From: Conidiobolus incongruus B7586 | Taxonomy: Eukaryota | NCBI GenBank assembly: GCA_000697335.1 | Contig: JNEM01010510.1 | Coordinates: forward strand, 1 to 62,848 | Direction: 5' to 3' | Length of the DNA stretch: 62,848 nucleotides | In this document: positions 41,737-55,041 of the stretch, piece after piece | How the letters are laid out: each line of letters opens with the position of its first letter | How positions within the stretch are numbered: position 1 is the first letter of the stretch | Made by a program: the position numbers and the translations under genes | The notes under the pieces: generated by a model | What the model was told of the DNA's origin: nothing | Seen by the model: only the letters and a program-made list of their open reading frames with translations | Databases searched by the model: none

Positions 41737-43174
41737 TTAGATCTTGGGATTTTGCATCAATTGTACAACGTCCCAGCTATTGTTCATGACTCCTCTATAA
41801 TTCCAAATGGGTTCTTTAGGTTGTGTATTAGAAGAGGAATCCCCTAAAAATGGTGATTAAAATATGCTTTATGTGTTGTCGTTGAATATAACTTACAAGC
41901 TCTGCAGATAATTTTAGAGACATTTTTCAAGGATTTAACTTCAACTTGCCAGAGACACCATGACCAGTATCCGTGTCCGGTTTTTTCTTGATGTAATTTG
42001 GCAATTAACCAAGTTTGACCCAAATCTAATGAAACTTCAACTCTAGTAATCTTTCTGCCACCACCAGAGATAGCATAACCTTTAATAACATTAGAATCTG
42101 TCAAAGGATTTTGTTCGGAAGGAGTACAGATAACGGATTGAACATTCATTTCTTGAATTGATTCACAGCGATCCCAATACTCTTCAAGATTTGTTTCATT
42201 AGCCTAACTCATTTAATTCTATCAGAAAAAGATCATTATTTAATAAAGAATAAAAGTTTACCTCTGGTGGTAATATTTTATAATCTCTTTGTTGGTAAAA
42301 TGAAGGGCTTTCCTTTTCTCTGATCTCTATTTTATTTAAGTATTTAACTGATCTAGCACCAATAACACCTAAACAAAGTCAATATATAATTATATATAAT
42401 ATTTAAAAAATTAGCTCAACGTACCTGGTACAATCATTCTTACTGGATAACCGTGATCTCTAGATATAACTTCATCATTCATTTCATAAGCTAAAATAAC
42501 ATCTTTGCAGGGATCCATAGCGCATTCTAAAGGAATACTACTACCGTATACTTTGTCTTCTTCGCAAGGTCCAAATGATTCCATCCAGACGTGAAGATTC
42601 TTTCCCTTCCATTCATGTCCGTCTGCGGATAAACCAGCTTTAATGAGGATTTCACGAAGGGGAGCACCAGTCCAGTATGAATTAGCGATGGTACCAGGAC
42701 CCCAAATGACACCTTTAACCTTTTTGACTTTGTCTAATCCATTACGACGATTACCTGCGCACTGTTTCTATATTAATTGAAATACTCAAATATTTAGTTG
42801 GTTTAACTTACTTGGAGAGCTGCCAAAATTCTAAGTTTACTATAGTTCTTTTTAAGAGCGTCCATAGATAAATCGAAAGGCTTGGGTACAAGGCCACATA
42901 TGGATATTTTATGGGTATTTGCATCAATAAGAGGGATCGGACCGTGATTTCTCTTGAAGAAGACATCTTTGTTAGTGATATATTCTTCTACCAACTGCTT
43001 AAGAGGTGGTTCAGCATTAAAAGGAGTCTGACCTCTAACAATAAACTGTTTGTTAGGACGCTCTGGTTCATATGGGAACTTGAGCTCGTTTCTTTTGGAA
43101 GGTGGGAGATCCCAATGCACCTTAGCCTCCCCTACTTCATAGATACTCTGGTCATTTTTAGTTGTGGAGGACAT
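41737..43174 (-). CDS. Sulfite oxidase (Moco and dimerisation domains; no cytochrome b5 domain), 5 exons
   Basis: PFNAEPP, FFKRNHGPIP, LQ-CAGNRR (Mo-ligand Cys), LSRDHGYPVR, VPGVIGARSVK, GYAISGGGRKI, WSWCLW, WNYRGVMNNSW. Confidence 0.92.
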
Positions 43175-44984
43175 TTTTATTGGAATTCTTTGAATCAAAT
43201 CAACAAAATTAAATTTGGATTAATTAAAATGGTGCAAATCGGATATTTATACCAATCATTCAGTCAATCCCAATTTGGCAATCCAGTCCACTAAAATTTC
43301 ATTTTATCCAAGTTGTATCAATTTCATTAAAAATAGATCATACATAACAATTAAAATAATCATATTATTGGTTGAATGTTCTCAAATAGATATCAAACTA
43401 TTTTTAAACAAAAAAAGATTCTATTGTTAAATGCTGTACTTTCGTAACATTCATAATAACGTAATTGATCCTTAAAACTATGACGAAACTCAATATTGGT
43501 TTTTCATAATAAATTTTCCAGGTATTGATTATTGTATGTTGATCAGATTAAGGAATCATTCGAATTGATCTGGTTAATAAAATTTTCGATTAGGAATTTT
43601 ATTGAAAAATGATGTTTATTTAAATGATATCATGTCGAGTGAATGAATAGTAAAAATAATAAAAGGAGTCTAGGCATATATTGATATACTATATACATAT
43701 ATATATCATTTTATTCTAGTTATTATTTATAGTTGCTGTATAAAACTTGACTAATAATATTATTCATTTAATCGGGAGAGTAACGTTGAAAATTGTTGGA
43801 ATATTATATGGATATTCGGGGCGGATTAACATTTTTACAACTGCGTAATATTAATTACAAGATGGTAAAAAAGTTAAATAATTCAAATGAATAATGGACA
43901 ATTTCTGGTTCATTTCATATATCATAATACTTATCAATTGTTTAAAATTTTTAAATTCAATAATTTATTCGATCACCACATAAATATTGTTCTTAGCAAC
44001 TTTTATAAAATTCGATATATTACCAAATTTGGATATGATAAATATTTGAATAACAATGTGTAACTGATATGAAAAATGATTTGAATATAAGTATTGTTGT
44101 TAATAGTATAATTTTCTGAAATATATATTATATAAACTCTAAAATATTAAATACATAATTCTGTTGAAAATGATTTTCTCATATTTATTTAAAACACGAA
44201 TGAATAATCAAATTTATCTTTAATAGTTTTTCTTATTCATGAGCATCCTAGAGAATCTATTAATCTTGAAAAATAGCAATAAAATTGATAATATTATTAA
44301 TAGATAATGAATTAGTCAAGGATTGTTGTATTTTAGTTTTAACTCTGATCAACTAATGCTTTTACCATGATAAGAATAATACTCAAGTGTTATCTTATCA
44401 ATAAATAATTTATTTGTAATTTATATTTAAATATATTTGAAAATCATTCAATAATTTGAAAATATTTTCTATCATCGGAGTTAACATCATAATTATATAC
44501 TGCATATACTATCTTATCTATAGCTAATAGTAAATATTGTAATTATTCATTAAAACAATAGTCGTTATTATATATATATATATCAACAATAATATGAAAT
44601 TGTGTAATGATGTTCACTCACAATTAGATATCAAGTAGCATTATTAAAATAATTTTCATTTTTAAATAATAGTGAGATGTATTTCAAAAATAAAATTTTC
44701 AAAACAAACTCTAAATCTAATGAATGTTCAATTACAATTTATTAATGAAGCATTATGTTAATAACCATGCATCAAAATAAATATATATGCTATTTTATTT
44801 AATCAAAAAACATCAGTATTTTAGATTCCAGAAGAATTGAAAGGATATTGAAAATTATTTGATCCCATAAATTAAATTTTTTTAAATATAATATTTATAT
44901 ATGTAAATCCAAGTCATTAACAATTATACCAATATTAATTAATAAAATCAAATAGGATATTTATTGTTAAAATAGTACTTCTAA

Positions 44985-46568
44985 ATGTTTAATAAAAGAG
45001 GTTTTGTAACTGGTATAGGTTTAGTGACTCCTTTGGGCAATTCGATTGCCTCAAATTGGGCTAAATTAATATGATCCCAGCAAGGTATTGTAAACTCGAT
45101 CAGTATTACCAATCGAAAAAAGAGAGTTTGAAAGACTCAAAAAACAAGGCTGAGTTGGAGAGACTTGAAGAATTAAATATTTCCCAAAAGTCCAGTTCGA
45201 GAATTGGTGGTGTTATTGATTTTGATACTAAGGATCTCGAGGGTCAATTAGTAATAACATTAACTATTTGATTTAATATTTAACTATCTTTTTCACAAGG
45301 ATGACCGATTGATACCAAAATTTATCAAATATGGTGCTTCTGCAGTTCATCAAGCCTTAACTGATGCTGCTTGGTTTCCCAAATCTGACGATGATTGTCT
45401 CCATACTGTACATATTACAGTTAATATCAAATTCCATATTTTGGCATTATTTAGGGTGTCTGCTTTAGATCGGGAATTGGGTCATTGATAGATACTGTTA
45501 ATACATATAAACATTTAGACAATGAAGTAATTTAGCATTATTCATTTTATATAAACATACTTTAACAAATATACTCATTATTTAGAGTTATAATAAAGTA
45601 AGTCCATTTTTCGTTCCTAGAATTTTAGTCAATATGGTTGCTGACCATATCACCATTAAATATGGTTTCAGAGTAAGTGTCTCATCCAATCAAACTTAGT
45701 GCACTTGTTAAATGAAATCTTTTTATTCAGGGACCTAATCATTCAGTTTCTACTACATGCATCACTGGTGCTTATTGTATTGGTAACGCATATCGTTTCA
45801 TTCTCCATGGAGATGCTAAAGTAATGGTAGCTGGCGGCTCCGAGCCTTCTCTTAATCCTCTCTTCTATTCTGGCTTTGGAAGAGCAAAATCCCTATTAAC
45901 ATCATTTAATGATACCCAAGGTCAGGCCTCTAGTCCATTTGATTCCAAGCGTGATGGTTTCGTCGTTGGTGAGGGTGCTGGTGCCGTTGTTTTAGAAAGT
46001 TAGAACATGCAAAACAAAGAGTAGCACGCATCCATGCTGAAGTGAAGGGGTATTTACTTTCTGGGGATGCACATCATATCACCTCCTGATGATGCTAGAG
46101 ATGCTTATAGCGCAATGCAAAGAGCTTTATCAACAGCTTAACTTAGACCTGAGCAACTTGATTATATCAATGCTCATGCTCCTTCAACTCCCAAAAGTGA
46201 ATATTCAATTTTTATAGTTTAATAATTATTAATCATATTTCCTAGGTGATGCTTTGGAACAATTAGCCATTGAAAAATTACTTGGCTCATCAGCTCATCT
46301 GAATGATTAAAAATTAGCAGTTTCATCATCTAAGGGGGTGTGGACATCTATTAGGGCTGCTGGAGCTGTAGAATCTATTTATACTATTTTAGCGTTGCAC
46401 CATGTGGTCTTACCACCTATTTTAAATCTTGAAAACCCAGAACCTTCTCAAACTGGCATGGAAATTAATTTAGTTCCTCAAACATCTCAACAAGGTGATA
46501 TTAAATATGCTCTCAGCAATTCTTTTGGATTTGGAGAGACTAATGCTAGTTTGCTTTGGAAAATTTGA
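44985..46568 (+). pseudogene. CEM1: Disrupted 3-oxoacyl-ACP synthase (FabF/CEM1/OXSM type)
   Basis: [61 protein letters not shown]; but in-frame TGA at 45072, frameshifts near 45090, 45997 and 46085, and TAA at 46139. Confidence 0.9.
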
Positions 46569-47216
46569 GTAATTTAAATTATTGAAATATTAAAATTAGC
46601 ATATATATCGCCATTTACAAAATACGTCCATTGCATTCAATTTTAAAACTTCCACCTGTAAATTATGCAATTTAATACCTAATATCATTCAATAGTATTA
46701 TGGCTTGTTGATCGAAATAGCCCTTTGTGTATGTATAGTGATTTCACTCTATTACCTTGTTAATATTTTATTATAACATTAATTTGAATATAATGCCCAA
46801 AATAAGAGTATAAAATTTGGCTGTAAAATTCAGTATATTAACATATTCAGCCACTTAATAAAAATGCATTAATAATCAATATTACAGGGTTACTCAATTA
46901 TGAATGATACCAGTATAATGATAATTCTATGACCTAATCCAACAACTTTCACATGTTATTATGCGGTAACATACCAAATCCCATAATAATTTTCTAAATT
47001 CGGCTTATTAGTTGTATTTTAACTACCTTTTAAAAAAATATTAAATGGATCAATACCCCTAATATAATATCATCCTTTTTAATTTTAATATCTATTAATT
47101 GTTAAAATATTATATTATTAATTCTTTCATCAATATATAAAATTTATTGAAATTTTAGTTTGATTTTTTAATTTCTTTCAAATTAATACTTATATTTTGT
47201 GACAAAATAAATCAAA

Positions 47217-48715
47217 ATGCAATCAACAAATAGAAAATATGTGACTGAGAGTAATGAATACGATACAAATATTAAATATGTTTAATATTAACTTAATTTT
47301 ATTATCTAGTTGCTTTATTTCTAGTCTCGCAAGTTTTATTTTTCTATGGTTTAAAGTATGTTATGTCCAGCTTAGACCCTTCTAGAGAGAAGAGAAAAGA
47401 AGCCGAAGCCAAGGCTAAAACTTTATTAGATCGTTATGGTGTGAGTATATATTAGATTATACTATTGTAGGTGTATTTATAAATTTGTAGATTAAAGATT
47501 TGAAATTAACTGAATATGAACAAATTATCGCTACCGAATTAGTTCATCCTGACGAAATTGGTACTACTTTTCAAGGTACTCAAATCACTTAAAATATTTA
47601 TATTAGAAATTTATTAATGTTAATATGAATTTAGATATTGGAGGTATTTTCACCATGTTTTTATTTAAAAACTTAATTTTATTTATTTGTATATTATCAA
47701 ATTAAGGTTTAAACCATATTATTGACGATTTAAACGAAACCGTCATTTATCCTTTGCGCTATCCCAATTTATTTTCCCAGTCTAACTCTTTGTTAACTCC
47801 TCCTAAAGGTGTTTTGTTGTATGGTCCTCCAGGTAATTATTACAATATTTTCAGTAATTGGGCTTAGTTTAATAATCATAAATTTAAAGGATGTGGTAAA
47901 ACTATGTTAGCTAAAGCTTTGGCCAAAGAATCTGGTGCCACCTTCATTAATATGAAAGTATCCACTTTAACTGATAAATGGTATGGTGAATCCAACAAAT
48001 TGGTCGCTGCCCTCTTTTCTTTAGCCTATAAAATTCAACCTTGTATTATATTTATCGATGAAATCGACTCATTCTTAAGGGAAAGAAGATCTAACGATCA
48101 TGAAGTCACAGGAATGTTAAAAGCTGAATTTATGGCTCTTTGGGACGGCCTTACATCGGGTTCCAATACTAGAATTATGGTATGTTTATCCATATTTGAT
48201 TATTATTTAAAATCCCAATTAACTATTATGATAGATTCTGGGTGCTACTAATCGTCCAACTGATATTGGTAATTTGTCCTCTAGGAATATGTATTCAATT
48301 AATTTCTAATATTGCATTTATAGATCAAGCTATTTTGAGGAGAATGCCCAAGAAATTCAGCATTCAACCACCTCAAAAGGAACAGCGTAATGCTATTTTG
48401 AAACTCATTCTCAAAGACTCCAAGCTTACTCCCGATTTTGACTTTGACCTGTTGGCCGAAGTCACTGAAGGACTCTCTGGCAGTGATCTTAAGGAAGTGT
48501 GTCGAGATGCTTTAATGATTCCTATCAAAGAGTGTATCAAGCTCCAGCGTTCCGAATCCAATCAGTCATATCAAGGTGAGCCTTTAGAAGCGCGTCCTCT
48601 CAGAACAAATGACGTTTTAGAGTCGGCGTTGCGATTGGGACATATTCACTCTGATGATAAGTTGAATAATTTGATTAATCTCAAAATGCCATTACCTGAA
48701 GAACCCCAAGATTAA
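47217..48715 (+). CDS. MSP1: Mitochondrial/peroxisomal AAA dislocase Msp1/ATAD1, about 8 exons including a 9-nt microexon
   Basis: N-terminal TM segment, [72 protein letters not shown]. Confidence 0.95.
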
Positions 48716-50336
48716 TTCATATTAGTTATACTCCATCGAATACAAGCTCATATAATTTATTTTAATATAAATAAATTAGATATATCTCTTTTTAGCATAT
48801 AAATAATTATCCTATATCAAAAACATTTAATACACTTTTTTGGCTATTTAGCTATTCGACTCTAATAACAGATATTTGATTGACTCGAAATCCGTGAATA
48901 TGAAATGATAATCTACTAGTGTTTACTAATCTGATAATGGATGGTAAATTAATAAAACTTTTAATATTGATTATCTTAAACAAATTATATTTGGACATCC
49001 TTATTTTCAAAGATTTAATAATAATCGGTTTGAAACGTTTATTTTATATCAATTTAATAGTATCAAATAATTAAATATTATAATAAAAATTTTACAAATA
49101 TAACTCTACTTTCATTTTACAACAAATAATGACAATTACATTATTTGTTGAAAATACTATCAATTTAAAAATAATGGAGTACATTTTAAAAAAATTAGGT
49201 ACAATAGAGCATATTAACCGCTTTTATGGATGAATATTTGATATATGATACCATATTATCATTGTACTACAATTTTATTTATGCATGAACACTTATTGAA
49301 AGCACTCAATTCTATATTATTTTTAATTTATGAAATATGTATTAAAGATATGAACTATTGGTGAATACATACATGTATAATATTTGCTAGCTATTATACT
49401 AATCAATTTTTAATGTATAAATAAATAGAAAAGAATGAAAGTTCTAAAATCTTTTAAAATCATATACGACATTTTATTAGTTGTGAAATCAAAATATATT
49501 CCAAAAACAAATGAAATTACCCCTTATATCCTCAATATAATAACATTAAGTCAAAATAAACTCAATAAATTTTCTGGATATTTCGAAATGAATATCCAAG
49601 TTTGATTAGGAGGTTCTTTAGAGGATATTTCAATTAATATTCCAAAATAAGCGATAAAAAGACTTTCAAATTATGTAATTTACTAAATTTCTTTTAGGAA
49701 TTAATGCCACAATTCCATCATCCATATAGCCATATAGATTTTATCTAATTGGTAATTACTGTAATAATTTTATTACACTAAATAATCAGTTAACTTGATT
49801 GGGCAAAGAAATGGAGTGATCAATTCTCAAATATTATATTAGCTAATAGGTGTATGTGCCAAAAAGTTTGATTTTTCCCTTGTTGACATGTGATTTCAGT
49901 TCAATCTTAAATATAACTCTTAAATTTCTAATCATTTAAATAATCTAATACAAATATATAAATATCCTATATTTGAAATCCTATTTTATTGGGAATTAAA
50001 CTATGAATATATGTATATATTATATAGCAAATGTTATATTATAGGTAAATGTCATTTTGAAAGCTTCAGTATTATGGCAAATTATTATATATAATTGAAA
50101 TATTTTTAATATACAGAATGAAAAGCATTAGATGATATAAATCCAAATTTACTTAATTGAGATTAATCTGGACTCAACTCTTTTTCCAGATATCTAACAT
50201 TTGAATCAAATTATTATTCGCATTAAATTTATCTTTGGGCTAAAACTCTGGCTATGAATAAGAATATAAATACCTCAATAAAGTTCAATATAGACCATTC
50301 TTTAATATATATTCATCATTAATCTAATAATAAATT

Positions 50337-51283
50337 ATGAAATTGATACATCAAATGATAATTTTTCACTTATTTTTAATTAGTATTGTTATTGGATTAG
50401 GTAAATTACTTATTCAAAATACTTTGAATATGCTATTCATTAGAATTAATAGATAATATCAATAATAATAATAATTCTACAGAAATTGATATTGGAAAGA
50501 GTCGTCAAAATTCTGATAATATTAAGGATAGCATTAGAGTGAATGATGATAATAAAAATTCTAATGATTCTGAATCGAAATTGGACAAAAATGACCAAAG
50601 TAAAAAATCCGAAGAACAGAATAAAGAGAAACCAGAGGAAAAAGACAAAAAAGAGAAAAAGGCAGATGAAAATGAAAAGGAGGATAAGAATGACAAAAAA
50701 AATAATGATGATAATGTTAAAGTTAGTGCTAAAGACAGGTTGGGCGTATCCATTGAACTAGTAAAACCGGTGAGATGGGAAGCTGTTCAAGGCATTTTGC
50801 TCGCCATTGGAGAAACAGTTGAATTCGAATGGAAGTGGGCCAAAGATGTCAAGCCTAAGAAAAATCCCAAGGGCTTTAACTTACTAGCTGTGAGGTATGT
50901 CTCCGGAAATATTGCAAGATACCCCATTGCCACCAATCTATCAGCTTCCACTTTCAAATATACATTGGATGCCAAATCCGAAAACAACACTATGCTAATT
51001 GAATCTTTGGTTGAAGCAAACGATTATCTACTATATATCTACGACTCTGCCAACGGTGACAATTATCTGGGAACAGATGGTGCTTTCCATCCTTTTAACG
51101 TGAGAATGAAATTGTATCGATCTCGCACACGTAAGTGAATTTAATACTATGACTCTCCATTGTACTAAATTTTAGATATTTTTAGCAAGTGGATTTCTAT
51201 TCAATGATGCCCGACAAGCTATCATCACTCAATATTGTATGCCCTTCTTGGTTTTGTATTCAATAGCTTATTTAATATATTAA
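50337..51283 (+). CDS. Secreted or cell-surface protein: signal peptide, D/K/E/N-rich spacer, beta-rich domain, hydrophobic C-terminus (possible GPI anchor)
   Basis: Exon 1 MKLIHQMIIFHLFLISIVIGL; exon 2 is the ORF-track 50539-51138 region; exon 3 ends ...MPFLVLYSIAYLIY*. Confidence 0.75.
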
Positions 51284-52979
51284 AATTACTAATCAAGGCC
51301 AATATTTAATAATATTTGATATTTTTTATGTCAGAATAATTTTTTGATATAGCAATATTTATGATGATAAACTCATTTAATCAAATATGAAATTTAAATC
51401 AGTGATTTTTACTATTTTTTGGCAACTAATATTTTATTAACAATTGAATATATAATTTAGATAGATTGTATTTTTTAATAACTACATTAACATGAGAGTC
51501 AATAATTTTACAATCCTTAAAAATTTTTATATATGACTATTAATGTCAATATATTCAAATTAGTTTAAATTTATATATTAACATTATATTACCTGATAAT
51601 TAAAAAATAAATTATATTCCACTTTTTATAAAACTTTGTATGGATTTATACTAATTGAAATGAATATATTTAAAAAAATTAAACTAGATATTAATATATA
51701 ATTAGGGATAGTAACTAGATTATTGTAAATATCAAAATATTTGGTTTTTTCAAGCGGTTATATTTTCAGCAGTAAATAATATAATATCAAATAATTGTAA
51801 TATATTCCAACTATGAAGATATCACAAATAAAACAAAATAGCTAGTACTTAAAAGCAAAAACAGTCACAGTATAGATTAAATTATTAAGATAATTTATAT
51901 GTTATAGTTTATATCAAATTTCGCAATATATGTTCTTTGAAAAGTATATTTTCTATTTAATGTCAAATAATAAATATTATGATTGGAAAATAGATTAACT
52001 ATTATAATTTGAATTTGGATATTTGATTGATCATATGTTAAACTCAAGTTATATGTGTTATTAGTAATCATAACATTATAGGGTTATTAACAAATGATAT
52101 TCTTTTAAAAATGTATTAATACTATATCAGTGTCTATGACTAAATAAGATCAGCCATTTTGTAATTGGCGATTCCATTTGCGGTCAGCAATTTTGTATCC
52201 TTACTTTGGATTTGCAAATTTTCGTAGTTCATTTGAATGAGTTATGATATTAACTTTCTTTCACGTATTCAAGCTTTTAATGTAATATTTTATTTTCATC
52301 TATATTCCGAGGTAGTTTAATACTATATGAGATATTCAAAATGACTCTACTTTTTATCAGGATTATTATACCAACATAAATGAATAATAGTTGTTAATGT
52401 TTTCAATTCAGTTTTATAATTACATAAATTAATTGAAGATTGTTAGTGTAATTAATCAAAATATAATCAATGATAAATTTTAAAATAGTTTCACATAACG
52501 TCTTCAATAAATTAATTTATAATATTAGAACATATATTTAAACAGATAAGTCTTTAACTACTCAATACTAATTTTATTATTGGAAATATTTGATTAGTCA
52601 AAATAGCTTCGAATGTTCAATTTAATTAAGAATTGAGTAACATAACAATTGCAGTTTTAATTATATTATAGCTCATGAACGATATTACGATTATTTTAAA
52701 ATAAAATTAATCAAACTGATGTTAAATTTTTGACAAATATTCAATATGATTATTTCAATAAATACTTTAATCGATCTAATATTATCCAAACCATAGATCA
52801 AATATTTAATGACAGAGTTGATTTTTTAAGGGGTTCCTAAAAATGGAAATATTGGAACACATTTATTAATAATCAACCAATAGTATTATTAATTATCCAA
52901 TATCAAAATAGGTATATAAAAGATCGATTGTTACTTCACTTCTTTACCTTTCATAAAATTATAAATACTCTTAATTAGT

Positions 52980-54666
52980 ATGAAAAACGAAACATCAAAT
53001 GATACTAACAGTATAAATAGTACTCAATTAGTTGAGGTAAACTTTCAAATAAAATATTATTTCCAATATCTCTAATTTTTTCATTATTTAGATGAATAAT
53101 GACATCACTCTTCCATTTTTAAATAACATTGAATTGCCGAATGATCCTCCTTCACCAGAAAGTCCTCTTGAAAGTGACAGTTTACCTGCGAGAAATCCAT
53201 TACAGTCATTAACTTCACCCTTATCAGAACATCACCTTGTACAAAGAACTACCATACTAACAAGCAGACTTTTGTTAAAATCTATTTTGCAATATATTGA
53301 TGTATCAGATTTAAAAAAGCTTCGTTCTGTCAATAAGTTTTGGAATCAAGTAGCTAAACTTATTTTATTCTCAGAAGTTAAATTCCAATACCATATTCCT
53401 GTTCCTACTCGCTTAAGAGATTGTACAAAATGGGCTGAAAACAGTATCCATGCATTGGAAATATTATACCATCATCGAAGTAATATTGACACATTATTTA
53501 TTAGATCTCCCATATATTCGTTTACTTGGAAGAGAATATTACAATTTAATAATCTAACCACCTTGAATGTTGGCCCCATGATGTTTTTAGAAGGTCCTGT
53601 AATGAATATTTTAGATTTGAAGACATATTTACCTAATCTACTTCACTATTCCATTACTCATCCAACTGAATATGAAATATACATGAATGCATATCCTGCA
53701 CCTCAATTTTATGTTTGTTCAGGATTACAAAGTTTACAGCTAAATTGGATTGCACCTGTTTGGAGTAACTACATGAAAAGGATCATAAAGCTAAATCCTG
53801 ATTTGCAAAATTTGTCTCTCAATAGACTAAGCTTACCATTCACATTGATCAAGGAACTTGGTCCCGGATTACATAAACTTCAATCATTGGAAATTGATAT
53901 CACTTCTTCATCTTCGAGAGTGGGTGACATTTTGTTACCCTCTAATGCCTTCAACTCTGCTCACTCTGTACCAGATATTGCCCTAATCACCCCACAATCT
54001 TCTGCCTCTAAATTCGCCTTGAAGTGGGATGATTGTACCAATATCGACACATCTTTAGCAGTTCTATTGGCCCAAAATCCCAACATCCATACATTCAAAT
54101 TCCGTTACTCAATTCAAGTTGGAGCAATGCTTACCAGTTTATACTTGATTAATCCACTGCAAAAGAAATCCTTATCACTTTCTCGTGTAAGATTTCATCC
54201 AGATTTCATTAAAATATTATTTGAGCGTTGTACTGAATTAATCCATGTTGAATTGGACGATTGTAACAGAATATCTGATTCTGCAATTGAGACCCTGGTA
54301 ACCCACTGTCATAAGCTCAAGCGTTTAACCTTGAGAGACTCTGGTATGTTTGACACCAAACTTTCTGACATATCGCTTCATCATATTCGAAATCATTGCA
54401 CTTCGCTAAAGCACCTATCATTAATATTTCCTTTAAGAAAATTCGACCAACTTATGCTACCATGGAAATGTAATCATACTTTGGTTAGTCTGAGTCTTTT
54501 CGAATATCCTAAGAACTATAAATATTTAAGAGGCTTAATGCAGTTTGATCAATTGAGTCAGATTTCTTTCAAAACTCAATCTCCATCCCCTCAATATGTA
54601 GACAAAATTGAACAGTTTTTACCTAATATCCAAGTTAAAGACTTCAGAGAAGATAAATGGTATTAA
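52980..54666 (+). CDS. F-box/leucine-rich-repeat (RNI-like) protein
   Basis: F-box LLLKSILQYIDVSDLKKLRSVNKFWNQVAKLILF; LRRs such as CTELIHVELDDCNRISD and CHKLKRLTL; short first exon at 52980. Confidence 0.88.
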
Positions 54667-55041
54667 TTGTTATGTAAAATAAAAAATTAATAATTACTGT
54701 TATCCTGAATGAATTGCCTTCAGATTCGTAAATATCTGATTCAATTTATATATGTTAGTTCAATTAATATAAGATTGAAAATTTTGATATATTGTAATTT
54801 ATTATTCAACATTAATATCACTAAATGCAGTGAAATTAAGTTTAATGGGTTAAATATTTGATTGATCAAATTCTAATAGTGTGGAGGATATAAATTTACG
54901 ATATTGTGGTGAATTAATACAAAAAAACCAAGACTAAAAGAGTGATTTGAATTCACTTAGAGTATTAAATAATAAAAATTAAATGTTTTTATTATATTTT
55001 GAAATCACTATGCATACTTTAATCTATAATTTAAATAATAA

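Noticed and set aside
45072..45074. In-frame TGA in CEM1 as selenocysteine or stop-codon readthrough
   Set aside because: Not at a catalytic Cys, and accompanied by frameshifts and a TAA; pseudogenisation explains all lesions
52140..52330. LLTANG-containing minus-strand fragment resembling a retroelement protease
   Set aside because: No D[ST]G motif, reverse transcriptase, integrase or LTR nearby
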